Positions 1 through 9,065 of a stretch of DNA of 32,000 nt are shown in pieces (position 1 is the stretch's first letter; each line of letters begins with the position of its first letter). Position numbers and translations under genes: made by a program. The notes under the pieces were generated by a model. The model did no database searches. It had not been told where the DNA came from and worked only from the letters and a program-made list of their open reading frames with translations. Source of the DNA: Opitutales bacterium (GTDB taxonomy: Bacteria > Verrucomicrobiota > Verrucomicrobiia > Opitutales > PNEW01); NCBI GenBank assembly GCA_965219535.1, contig CBDCNV010000001.1, positions 2,040,001 through 2,072,000 on the forward strand, given 5' to 3'.

Positions 1-1686
1 GTTGCGAATACTTTGCCTTCGACAAGTATGATGCTGAGCGTTTTTGCTAATCCCGCTCCAGTCACTGTTGCTTCAATGTTCATCATCAGCGCCGCCTTGG
101 AAAAATGTGGCGCGATTGAAGTCTTAGCTGTATTTCTCGAAAAATTAGCTGGTCTGGGCTACCGCTGTTTTTTACTCGTTATGATCTTAGGTGTGGCTGT
201 CGCTTCTGCTTTTATTAACAACACGCCTATCGTGGTAGTTTTACTACCTGTTATTTTAAGTCTTTCAAGAAAAATGGGGGTTCCTGCTTCCAAGCTTCTC
301 ATTCCACTTTCTTATGCTTCGATATTCGGAGGAATCTGCACCCTTGTCGGAACAAGTACCAATATCCTTGCCAGCAGCATCATAGAAGCCGCAGAACAAC
401 CACCCCTTGGGATGTTTGAAACAGCCTGGATAGGCGTTCCCTTACTATTGGTGGGAAGCATCTACCTCATTTTTTTCGCGAATCGATTGCTCCCCGTTCG
501 CGAAACACTGACTTCTATCCTCTCAGAAGAAGAGCGCAAAGAATATATAACAGAAGCTTATGTTCAGCACGACTCCTCGGTTATAGGTAAAACACTCGCC
601 GAATCAGGCCTATTAAAAACCGGCAGCGCGCGGGTGCTTGAAATTATCCGCGATCAAGTAGCTCTCTTTACTGATCTCAATAATCTGGTCTTACTTGAAG
701 GCGACCGATTGATCATGGCCCTACGTCCCTCGGGCGTGGCTCACGCACGGATGATCGACGGGGTTAATCTGGCCGCAGAAATGGGCCAGGGGCTGGAAAC
801 CATCGCCGCGCATGAAGGTTCAATCGTAGAAGGTGTAATCGGTACTAAATCAACGATAAGAGGGAAAAATATAAGGGAGACTAATTTCAGACAACGCTAT
901 CGAATGATTGTTTTGGCCATTCATCGAGGCAGCGTAAATCTACGTGAAAAACTGGACCAGGTACCTCTCGAATTAGGCGACACCCTGCTGATGATGGGGA
1001 CCGACACCGCAGTCGAAGATCTTCGAAAAAGTGATGATATTCTCCTTCTTGATCGTCCAACGACTCCGGCTAAAAGTATGCGCCAAAAGATGCCAATCGT
1101 ATTTATTATCATTGCGGCAATCATTATCTCAGCTTCTTTAAATCTTGTTCCCATTGTAGCTGCAACTTTAACCGGTGTTGGCGCTTTATTTCTCACCGGT
1201 TGCCTCAAGCCGAATGAGGGATACGCAGCAATCGAATGGAGTATCATTTTTCTCATCTACGGTATGCTAGGTGTTGGCATGGCGATGTTTTCTACAGGTA
1301 CCGCAACATTCCTCGTGGATGAGTTCGCTGCGCTTACTGAATCTTTATTTTCTGATCCATTGAAACCTTACATCATGCTCGCCGGGCTATACTTGTGTAC
1401 TACCGTGCTTACAGAATTTCTTTCTAATAATGCGACTATCGTCCTCATGGCTCCAGTTGCCATGGGTATTGCGGAAACCCTGGGTGTAGATCCCCGCCCT
1501 TTTATTATTACCGCAGCGATAGCTTCTTCTGCCAGTTTTTCAACACCTATCGGCTATCAGACTAACACCTTTGTTTTTGGTGTCGGCGGTTATCGTTTTG
1601 CAGATTTCTACAAGATAGGTCTACCGCTCAATATAATTTTTTTTATTGTAAGTATGGCACTCATCCCGCGTATTTGGAGTTTTTAA
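1..1686 (+). CDS. SLC13/DASS-type anion permease with two central TrkA-C (RCK_C)-like domains, 5'-truncated by the window edge
   Basis: Frame 1 is open from base 1, so the true start lies upstream; the track start at 13 is a TTG. Hydrophobic halves carry permease hairpin-type motifs (NNTPIVVVLLPV, SNNATIVLMAPV, FSTPIGYQTNT). They flank a ~200-aa soluble insert with two similar segments (VIGKTLAESGL...LLEGDRLIM and IRGKNIRETNF...LELGDTLLMMG), as in YfbS-like transporters. Confidence 0.8.
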   Translation, partial: VANTLPSTSMMLSVFANPAPVTVASMFIISAALEKCGAIEVLAVFLEKLAGLGYRCFLLVMILGVAVASAFINNTPIVVVLLPVILSLSRKMGVPASKLLIPLSYASIFGGICTLVGTSTNILASSIIEAAEQPPLGMFETAWIGVPLLLVGSIYLIFFANRLLPVRETLTSILSEEERKEYITEAYVQHDSSVIGKTLAESGLLKTGSARVLEIIRDQVALFTDLNNLVLLEGDRLIMALRPSGVAHARMIDGVNLAAEMGQGLETIAAHEGSIVEGVIGTKSTIRGKNIRETNFRQRYRMIVLAIHRGSVNLREKLDQVPLELGDTLLMMGTDTAVEDLRKSDDILLLDRPTTPAKSMRQKMPIVFIIIAAIIISASLNLVPIVAATLTGVGALFLTGCLKPNEGYAAIEWSIIFLIYGMLGVGMAMFSTGTATFLVDEFAALTESLFSDPLKPYIMLAGLYLCTTVLTEFLSNNATIVLMAPVAMGIAETLGVDPRPFIITAAIASSASFSTPIGYQTNTFVFGVGGYRFADFYKIGLPLNIIFFIVSMALIPRIWSF

Positions 1687-1840
1687 AAATTAAAAGGAAA
1701 AATATTACTATAATCACGAAACTATTCTTCCATAATCCTGTTATAACATACAGCTGATCATTCATCCTTGATGAAACCCAATCTTATATTATTGATTGCT
1801 AAATTTTGTCGCTAAAATAGTCTCTAGCTAAATCCAAATC

Positions 1841-2833
1841 GTGATGATAAATAAATTTATATGTTTTTTATTATTGATTTCTCTCATCTGTTGCAGTCTC
1901 ATTCTCGTTGCGCAAGATAGTGACAGTGAAGCTGTTGAAATGGAAGAGGATAGTGGTCGCTTTGATTCTGATGATTCAGAGGAATTTATCGAGGAAGATG
2001 GCGAAGAAGATGAAAGTTTCGATTCTGATCGTTCAGTCGAGTTCCTTGATGAAGACGAAAGTGAGGAACTGGATTACGAAAGCGATGAGCAGAGTAAAAC
2101 AGAAGATAAAGTTCAGCTTAAGCCAACTGACGCCACCTCGAGTAAATTAATTGACCTGCACCTAAAAGCGTTAGGGGGAGTAGAAAACTTAAAGGCTATC
2201 AATACCCTTAAAATGGAGGGAGAATTTCGTGAAGGGAAAAAAAGTTGGAATATGACCTGGTTCAAGAAAGCACCGAATAAATACAGGGTCGAGCGCCATC
2301 ATCGTCTTTTAGGAAGAGACTATATTACGGTAAAAGCCTATGACGGGGAAAACGCATGGGTGAGAGAAGTTTCCCCTGAAATGTTGCCTCCTGAAAATAT
2401 GAGTAAAGGTGATCTTATAGCCTTTGCTCAAGAAGCGGAATTTTATAATCACCTGATCGACTGGCGTGAAAAGGGTCACCGCTTTAATTACATTGATAAA
2501 ATCAAGCTCCGCAAAGAGCCGACCTATTTTGTACAAGGAAAGCTCAAAGACGGGCGCGATGTATTTTATTATTTCGACCCACAGAATTTTCTTCTCAGAC
2601 AATTTGGCTTCAAGGAACGATTTGCCGGATCGCTTGTTGATGCTGATTATATTCCCGTTAATTTCACAAAAATTAAAGGGGTGTGGATGGAGGGAAAAAA
2701 GCAATACGTGGTTGAAGGTCGAGTCTATAAAGAAATTAACTACGAAAAAATCCTCGCCAATATAGATATACCTGACTCTTTATTTGAGGTCCCCGAGGTG
2801 AAAGAATTTATTCTACGTCAGAAAAGTAGGTAG
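1841..2833 (+). CDS. Secreted protein: signal peptide, Asp/Glu-rich repeat region and a C-terminal beta-rich domain (possibly LolA-like/lipoprotein-sorting-like); function unknown
   Basis: The N-terminus MMINKFICFLLLISLICCSLILVAQD is hydrophobic with a probable LVA|Q cleavage site. Start is GTG at 1841 or ATG at 1844. Residues ~26-89 are about half D/E. The C-terminal ~230 aa (LHLKALGG...NLKAI..., ending LFEVPE) resembles LolA-like periplasmic domains from memory only. Confidence 0.7.
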   Translation: MMINKFICFLLLISLICCSLILVAQDSDSEAVEMEEDSGRFDSDDSEEFIEEDGEEDESFDSDRSVEFLDEDESEELDYESDEQSKTEDKVQLKPTDATSSKLIDLHLKALGGVENLKAINTLKMEGEFREGKKSWNMTWFKKAPNKYRVERHHRLLGRDYITVKAYDGENAWVREVSPEMLPPENMSKGDLIAFAQEAEFYNHLIDWREKGHRFNYIDKIKLRKEPTYFVQGKLKDGRDVFYYFDPQNFLLRQFGFKERFAGSLVDADYIPVNFTKIKGVWMEGKKQYVVEGRVYKEINYEKILANIDIPDSLFEVPEVKEFILRQKSR

Positions 2834-2853
2834 AGCTTTTCTCTTCAGCATCA

Positions 2854-5193
2854 ATGCGGCTTTTCCTGAACGATAAAAAAGTTTCATTAAGCGTAAGGGA
2901 ATTTTCTGAGTTTCACCTTGGGCCGAGCAATTCTGATTTTAGTAAAACCGGGCTTTGGCGTGTTGAACTGGGTCAGACTTGGCACAAAGAGTTAAAAGCC
3001 CAGGCTATCGCAGAATACAGCAATGCGACATTTGAAATCCCTGTAAGTGGCACCTGGCTTCAAAAAGACTGGGCTGTTTCCATCCAGGGACGTATCGATC
3101 AGGTAATACACCAGGGTAATAGTGTAACATTCAGAGAAATAAAAACAGTAAATGCTACCCTGCCCTTAGCCGAAGATGAGTTATTGGACAGATTCCGCAC
3201 CTATTTTCTTCAATTAGGAACATACCTCGTTCTCGCGGACAACAATCCTTCCTACCGAGATCTGCTTATACACGGAGAGCTTCTCTTTATTGATATCACA
3301 GAAGAGAATTCACAATCCGTGATGATCGGTACGGATTTTAAAGATCATTTTTTAAAACAGATGGAGATCCTTTATTCATTTCTCGAGCAACGCTGGTTGT
3401 CAATGCAACGTCTGCGCCGATTGGATTTTAATCTTCCATTCTCGTCGCTTCGTTCAGGTCAGGAATATACCCGTGAGATGCTGGACCGCGCAGGAAATCA
3501 GTCCAAGGTTATCCTCTTTGAAGCTCCAACCGGATTCGGTAAAACCGGTACCGCCCTCGAATTCGCACTTGGTCGTTTGCGTGATGGTCATTATGATCGC
3601 GTCATCTTCCTCACGAGTAAATCTACGGGGCAAATCCAAGTTGTTCGCCAATTAGAGTCGATGTTATCTGAAGACGGAGGACTGCAATATTTCCAATTGC
3701 GCAATAAAATAGAGCATGCCCAGGATTGTAATCTTCGCTATTGTGACAATGGATACGGTTGTAGGCATAACTTAGCGGAACAATGGGAGAAAGCGGGAAT
3801 TGCTCCAATGCTCCTTTTTGAAAACAGAACACTCACTTTATCCCAAATAAAAAAATTAGGGGATACCCATCGGGTTTGCCCCTATGAAATTTCTCGATCT
3901 GCCTTACCCTTCGCCGATGTCTGGGTGGCAGATTATAATTATGTATTCAGTCCAACTAATAATAATATTTTTTTTGAACAACCTGGATTTGAACCGAGTC
4001 AAACTTTACTCATCATAGATGAAGGGCATAATTTACCTTCGCGTGTCGCTGATCGTTATTCTCTTTCCTATTCCCAGTCAGACGCTGAAATAGTGATTAA
4101 CGAATTGCAGTTCGCGAACATCTCTGCCCCCCTCTATCTGGCTTATGAAAAATGGCTTCACCTGCTTGATCAGGTGAAAGCTACTGACCGACTCAATGAA
4201 AAAACAGAAATTCAAGTACGGGAATATATTAATGCGATAGTTAAAGAATTAAGGCAAAGTCCAATTGATAAATCTCTCTTTACAAACGCTGCTTTTGATA
4301 AGCTCTGGTCATGCTCAATAATTAAAAAATTCCTCGATCATGAGAGTCTCGAAAAACTTATCTGGGCTCCAGACTCTGGTGCCTTAAATTTCACCTGTTT
4401 AAATGCTGCGATAGAAATTGAGTCTGTCATTCAATCTTTTGGTCAAACTCTGATAATGTCAGCCACACTCACTCCAAAAAAACACTTCAGTGAATCCTGT
4501 GGGATCAACCCTGAACTCTGTCAATGGGTGGAAGCGGAGGCCGAGTGGAGAAAGGGCGCTTATCAGGTTGCCATTGATTTAAGGGTAGATACCAGCTTAA
4601 AGAACCGTTCCCGTCATTACGCCACGACTGCTGAGACCGTTAGTCTTTTGTGTCAGATGGCTAACGACCCGATAATTGTTTACTTCCCCTCCTACCGTTA
4701 TGCCGAAACAATCGGTGAATATCTAAGTGTGGCCTCCTCCGGAATTCGAACAGCGATACAACCGCGTAATCTTGATCTTGCTGAGCAAGATCTCTTTATC
4801 GAAGAAGCACTCCTTAACATGGATACCTTATTCCTTGTCCTCGGTAGTAGTTTTTCTGAGAGCATAGACATGCTCGGAGGGCGTGTCACGACTGTTATGG
4901 TAGTTGGTCCAGCCTTACCCGAGGTTAATGCAATTCAACGAGCTAAAATGGAAGAATGCGATTACCTTTCGCGCGATGAAGCATTTTTAAAAGTTTATCA
5001 AACGCCGGCGATGATGAAAATTAATCAGGCCCTGGGCAGACTAGTGCGTGCACCAGGGCAACAGGCTCGCGTATTACTACACTGTAAACGGTTTGCTCAA
5101 CGATCTTACACCAACTTATTAGCAGAAGAATACCGGCAAGCCTATGAGATAAAATCTGAAGAAGGTTTGCTCAATTGGCATCAAGGAAAATAA
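2854..5193 (+). CDS. Fusion of an N-terminal PD-(D/E)XK (RecB/Cas4-like) nuclease domain with an Fe-S cluster XPD/DinG-family SF2 DNA helicase
   Basis: Nuclease motifs: GRID(82)QV, FRE(95)IK(97)T and Q(120)LGTY(124), the QxxxY motif. Helicase motifs: Walker A EAPTGFGKTG (aa 223-232) and a DEAH-type box IIDEGHNL (aa 387-394). Four Cys (C292, C297, C303, C342: DCNLRYCDNGYGC...VCPYE) lie between them as in XPD/DinG Fe-S domains. The C-terminal helicase motif is QALGRLVR. Confidence 0.85.
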   Translation: MRLFLNDKKVSLSVREFSEFHLGPSNSDFSKTGLWRVELGQTWHKELKAQAIAEYSNATFEIPVSGTWLQKDWAVSIQGRIDQVIHQGNSVTFREIKTVNATLPLAEDELLDRFRTYFLQLGTYLVLADNNPSYRDLLIHGELLFIDITEENSQSVMIGTDFKDHFLKQMEILYSFLEQRWLSMQRLRRLDFNLPFSSLRSGQEYTREMLDRAGNQSKVILFEAPTGFGKTGTALEFALGRLRDGHYDRVIFLTSKSTGQIQVVRQLESMLSEDGGLQYFQLRNKIEHAQDCNLRYCDNGYGCRHNLAEQWEKAGIAPMLLFENRTLTLSQIKKLGDTHRVCPYEISRSALPFADVWVADYNYVFSPTNNNIFFEQPGFEPSQTLLIIDEGHNLPSRVADRYSLSYSQSDAEIVINELQFANISAPLYLAYEKWLHLLDQVKATDRLNEKTEIQVREYINAIVKELRQSPIDKSLFTNAAFDKLWSCSIIKKFLDHESLEKLIWAPDSGALNFTCLNAAIEIESVIQSFGQTLIMSATLTPKKHFSESCGINPELCQWVEAEAEWRKGAYQVAIDLRVDTSLKNRSRHYATTAETVSLLCQMANDPIIVYFPSYRYAETIGEYLSVASSGIRTAIQPRNLDLAEQDLFIEEALLNMDTLFLVLGSSFSESIDMLGGRVTTVMVVGPALPEVNAIQRAKMEECDYLSRDEAFLKVYQTPAMMKINQALGRLVRAPGQQARVLLHCKRFAQRSYTNLLAEEYRQAYEIKSEEGLLNWHQGK

Positions 5194-5245
5194 TCACACT
5201 TACAGCTTGCGCTCTTAAGACAAATATTACACAAATAATTTTTTA

Positions 5246-5782
5246 ATGAGCGAAGTCGCAAGAATTGAAAGCGAGGAGCTACACCAGTATATAGATAGTA
5301 TTGCCAATAGCATCGCGGATAAACACCGCGATAATAAAGAGTTGGTTATTGTCGGAATTGCCAATGGGGGCATCCCCTTTAGCATTAATCTCGCTCGAGT
5401 TTTGGGAAAAAACCTGGGCCACACGGTACCTTGCGGCAGTGTTGATATCTCATTTCATCGCGATGATATTGGACACAAACCTATAACATCGATCGATAAT
5501 CCTACGGTCTTACCGGTAAATATAGAAGGCGCAACCGTCATTTTAGCGGATGATGTGCTTTTTTCCGGACGAACAGCAAGAGCTGCACTCAATGAAATAT
5601 TCGATCAGGGACGGCCTGGCTTTATCGAGCTGGCAGTACTTTGTGATCGGGGCAACCGGCGTCTACCTATTCAGCCCAACTACATCGGTTTCTCAAAAGA
5701 AACGACCATCAATCAGAAAGTCGTGGTGAATTTGAACATTGAAGATCCATCGAATGATAGCCTAGTTATTTTAAGCGCATGA
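5246..5782 (+). CDS. pyrR: Bifunctional pyrimidine operon regulator / uracil phosphoribosyltransferase PyrR
   Basis: 178 aa with PRTase motif VILADDVLFSGRTARAAL. The stop overlaps the pyrB start (ATGA at 5779-5782), the classic pyrR-pyrB arrangement. Confidence 0.9.
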   Translation: MSEVARIESEELHQYIDSIANSIADKHRDNKELVIVGIANGGIPFSINLARVLGKNLGHTVPCGSVDISFHRDDIGHKPITSIDNPTVLPVNIEGATVILADDVLFSGRTARAALNEIFDQGRPGFIELAVLCDRGNRRLPIQPNYIGFSKETTINQKVVVNLNIEDPSNDSLVILSA

Positions 5783-6738
5783 AAAAAGCATCTAATTGGA
5801 CACGGAAACATTTACTTTCAATTGAAGCCCTGAGTCGGGAGGAATTGGAAACTATATTTTCAGTGGCCGACTCTTTCAAACGCACCCTCCAGAGATCGCA
5901 AAAAAAATTACCTTCGCTACGGGGCAAAACTATAGTTAATCTATTTCTTGAACCCAGCACACGCACGCGAGTCGCTTTTGAAATAGCGGCAAAGCGCCTC
6001 AGCGCTGATGTTATCTCTATAACTTCAAATGTCAGCAGCCTGACGAAAGGAGAAACACTTCGTGATACGGCGCGAAATATTGAAGCATTAAATGCTGATC
6101 TCCTCGTCATTCGCCACTCAGCAGCTGGATCACCTCAATATTTAAGCCGAATTATTAATATCCCTGTTATTAATGCCGGAGACGGGGCACACGAACACCC
6201 GACTCAAGCCTTACTTGACACCTTTACCTTGAGAGAACAACTGGGAGAGTTAAAGGGAAAAAAAGTAACCATCTTGGGTGATATTTTATTCAGTCGAGTC
6301 GCGCGTTCTAATATTTGGGCACTGCAGAAACTTGGCGCGCATGTTACCCTGGCGGGTCCATCGACTCTTGTCCCCAAACTTTTTTGCGAACTCCAGGTAG
6401 AGGTCACTCACTCTTTAAAAGAAGCCCTCGCCGACGCTGATGCGGTCATGCTCTTACGTATTCAACATGAGCGCCAAACTTCCACCCACTTCCCCTCCAT
6501 TGGGGAATACAAAAGCATGTTTGGGCTCAATCTTCAGCGCGCTTCCTGGCTAAAACCTGACGCTATAATTATGCACCCAGGTCCTATTAATCGTGGTGTA
6601 GAAATCGATTCCCAACTCGCTGACTCTAACCGCTCCGTAATTCTTCAACAAGTCACTAATGGCATTGTTTGCCGCATGGCAGTTCTCTTTCTTTGTGCCA
6701 GTGCAAGCAGTCAGACTCAGCCGAAAAAGCTAACATGA
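5779..6738 (+). CDS. pyrB: Aspartate carbamoyltransferase catalytic subunit
   Basis: Motifs LEPSTRTRVAFE (STRTR), HEHPTQALLD (HPTQ) and MHPGPINRG; 319 aa. Confidence 0.95.
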   Translation: MKKASNWTRKHLLSIEALSREELETIFSVADSFKRTLQRSQKKLPSLRGKTIVNLFLEPSTRTRVAFEIAAKRLSADVISITSNVSSLTKGETLRDTARNIEALNADLLVIRHSAAGSPQYLSRIINIPVINAGDGAHEHPTQALLDTFTLREQLGELKGKKVTILGDILFSRVARSNIWALQKLGAHVTLAGPSTLVPKLFCELQVEVTHSLKEALADADAVMLLRIQHERQTSTHFPSIGEYKSMFGLNLQRASWLKPDAIIMHPGPINRGVEIDSQLADSNRSVILQQVTNGIVCRMAVLFLCASASSQTQPKKLT

Positions 6739-8048
6739 GCATCCTTACTTGGATTTCTGGGGGACGGGTTATAGATCCCGCAAACAATCGAGACGCGACA
6801 GGTGATATTTATGCTGTCGACGGTAAAATTGTTCCGAGTTTGAGTGATAAAGAAAAGAAACAGGCCCAGCAAATTAAAGCCGAGGGGTTGATTATTTGTC
6901 CGGGTTTTGTCGATATTCACACCCACCTATGTGAACCAGGAGATACCCACCGCGAGACCATACAGACCGGAACATGGGCAGCAGCGGCTGGAGGTTTTAC
7001 CACTGTTGTCTGTATGCCGAATGCTAATCAGCCAAGTGACAATGCTGGAACTATACAGCAAATAAATGATGCCGTAGATAGGGATGCTCTCGTTAATGTC
7101 TTCCCGACTGGCGCATTGACCATTGGGATGGAAGGTAATGAACTCGCGCCCGCCGGATCACTCCAAAGGTCCGGCATAGTCGCCATCACCGATAGTTACC
7201 GAAGTGTGCAGAATAACGAAATCATGCGCCGAGCGGTTGAATATGCCAATATGTTCAATCTCGTTGTTATGGATCATTGTCAGGATCGGGCGCTTACTGA
7301 AGGCTCAGTTATGAATGAAGGAATATGGTCATTACGCCTCGGTCTTCGCGGATGGCCGAGTGCTGCAGAAGACATTATAGTCTCCCGTAATGTCATACTT
7401 TCTACTTACATAGGAGCGCATATCCACCTTCAGCAAGTAAGCACTTCGAATGCGGTTGAAATTATTCGGCGGGCAAAACAGCGCAACGTCAATATATCCG
7501 CTGAAGTAACACCCCATCATTTACATCTCAGTGATGAATGCGTAAAAAATTATGATACCAATTTTAAAACAAATCCTCCCCTGCGTACACCTGAAGACCA
7601 GGCAGCTCTTATCGAAGGACTCCTTGATGGCACTCTAGATTGCATAAGCACAGACCACATGCCACACACAGATTACGAGAAAAATGTCGAGTACGATCTA
7701 GCTCCGTTCGGAGTTATTGGATTAGAAACTTCACTCGCTGTTTGCCTGAAAGTCTTAGTTCATAGTAAACAATGCGATCTATCGCAGCTCATAAAATTAT
7801 TAACCTGCAATCCATCAGATTTACTTGAATTAGGGAAAGGCACGCTCAGCCCAGGTGCAGACGCAGACATTACTCTATTCGATCCCGATGAAGAATGGGT
7901 GGTGGATCCAGATAAATTCCAAAGTCGCTCCAGGAACTCACCTTGGATTGATAAATCGTTAAGGGGTAAGGTGAAACAGACTTTTGTCGCGGGCCGAAAA
8001 GTATGGGATGGCGATCGCGTTATCTTACCAGAAGATATCAATGGCTAG
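6735..8048 (+). CDS. pyrC: Dihydroorotase
   Basis: Metal-binding VDIHTHLCEPG (HxH), later TDHMPH, amidohydrolase-fold length. I prefer the ATG at 6735, which overlaps the pyrB TGA as ATGA. The track start at 6669 would overlap pyrB by 70 nt. Confidence 0.9.
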   Translation: MSILTWISGGRVIDPANNRDATGDIYAVDGKIVPSLSDKEKKQAQQIKAEGLIICPGFVDIHTHLCEPGDTHRETIQTGTWAAAAGGFTTVVCMPNANQPSDNAGTIQQINDAVDRDALVNVFPTGALTIGMEGNELAPAGSLQRSGIVAITDSYRSVQNNEIMRRAVEYANMFNLVVMDHCQDRALTEGSVMNEGIWSLRLGLRGWPSAAEDIIVSRNVILSTYIGAHIHLQQVSTSNAVEIIRRAKQRNVNISAEVTPHHLHLSDECVKNYDTNFKTNPPLRTPEDQAALIEGLLDGTLDCISTDHMPHTDYEKNVEYDLAPFGVIGLETSLAVCLKVLVHSKQCDLSQLIKLLTCNPSDLLELGKGTLSPGADADITLFDPDEEWVVDPDKFQSRSRNSPWIDKSLRGKVKQTFVAGRKVWDGDRVILPEDING

Positions 8049-8159
8049 CCATTCATGCGCTGAATCCCTCATGGGAGATGCATAATGCGGCTTCTTTACT
8101 CCTAATTGCGTGACTGAATACTCGATCAGTATTTTTCATATACTAGGGAGCGACTCACA

Positions 8160-9065
8160 ATGACAGAAGCGGAAGCCATTGAGATATTAAAGCATCATAA
8201 AGGTTTAATCTTTTATTTTTTCCTTCTTTTGGCATCGGGGCTGGGGTGTTTGATTTCCCTCGTATTTAAGCTAAGACTCGTATCCAAAGATCCCGGTAAA
8301 AAAAGCAAGGTCCCCGCTTGGAAAATTGGTTGGCTCGATTTCGGTTTATTTATCTGGTGTTTGATCTGCAGTATGATTCTCGCACAAATGATAGCCCCTT
8401 ACCTCCTGAACACCGTATCTCATACTGAAGATTCTTATGCTGTTTGGAATATAATTTCGGGGGGCGTCACTTTGCACCTGGGAATGATTCTGGTCTTCGT
8501 CCTTTTCCGGTATTTTCAGCCACATTTATTCCCTCAGTCTTTGAATGTTGAAATTATATCCTTTTTGAAGGCTGCTAAATTAGGGGCATACTACTTCTTA
8601 GCGGCTTTTCCACTCGTTTGGGTGACCGGCTTGTGCTCAGTTTTTGTTTTCGAAAGCCTCAATAAGGTGGGATGGGGAATCCCATTGGATCAACAACCCC
8701 TGGTTGGCATATTCGAAAAAACAAAATCCCCCGTCGCTTTAACGGTACTTTTAATCATGGCAATTTTAATAGCTCCAGTAGCCGAGGAATTGGTCTTTCG
8801 CGCAGGTATTTACCGCTTCTTTAAAAGCCGATTGCCGACAGTTATTTCAATGATTTTGAGTGCAATACTATTTTCTCTCCTCCACACGAATATTGTTAGT
8901 TTTTTCTCATTAGTCGTTATCGGGGTTTCTCTCTGCGTGGCCTACGAATTAAGTGGAAATATCATGGTTCCTATAATTTTTCATTCGGCATTTAATCTGA
9001 ACTCTATTATTCTCATCCTTTTTCGTTCTGATCTTGCTTGTTTAGGCCTCCTTTTGAACTGGTAA
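8160..9065 (+). CDS. CPBP (CAAX/Abi) family intramembrane glutamic endopeptidase
   Basis: Polytopic membrane protein carrying the family motifs APVAEELVFRAGIY (EExxxR), FSLLH and FHSAFN. Confidence 0.8.
   Translation: MTEAEAIEILKHHKGLIFYFFLLLASGLGCLISLVFKLRLVSKDPGKKSKVPAWKIGWLDFGLFIWCLICSMILAQMIAPYLLNTVSHTEDSYAVWNIISGGVTLHLGMILVFVLFRYFQPHLFPQSLNVEIISFLKAAKLGAYYFLAAFPLVWVTGLCSVFVFESLNKVGWGIPLDQQPLVGIFEKTKSPVALTVLLIMAILIAPVAEELVFRAGIYRFFKSRLPTVISMILSAILFSLLHTNIVSFFSLVVIGVSLCVAYELSGNIMVPIIFHSAFNLNSIILILFRSDLACLGLLLNW

Noticed and set aside
1908-2150. 80-aa alternative-frame ORF within the acidic region of the secreted protein, and the 116-aa ORF 20888-21238 within sdhC
   Set aside because: Both lie fully inside longer ORFs that have coherent signal-peptide or membrane-protein features. 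They are frame-shifted shadows with no independent support.
5888-5895. UCCAGAGA, resembling the core of the PyrR-binding loop, at the start of pyrB
   Set aside because: It is only a partial match, lies inside coding sequence, and has no obvious flanking stem. It is most likely a chance occurrence.
6669-6734. Upstream extension of the pyrC ORF (track start 6669), and similarly 9038 for thiL, 21435 for sdhA and 11780 for fabF
   Set aside because: The extensions use non-ATG codons and overlap the preceding gene substantially. In each case an ATG forming an ATGA or TAATG junction gives a product of canonical length.
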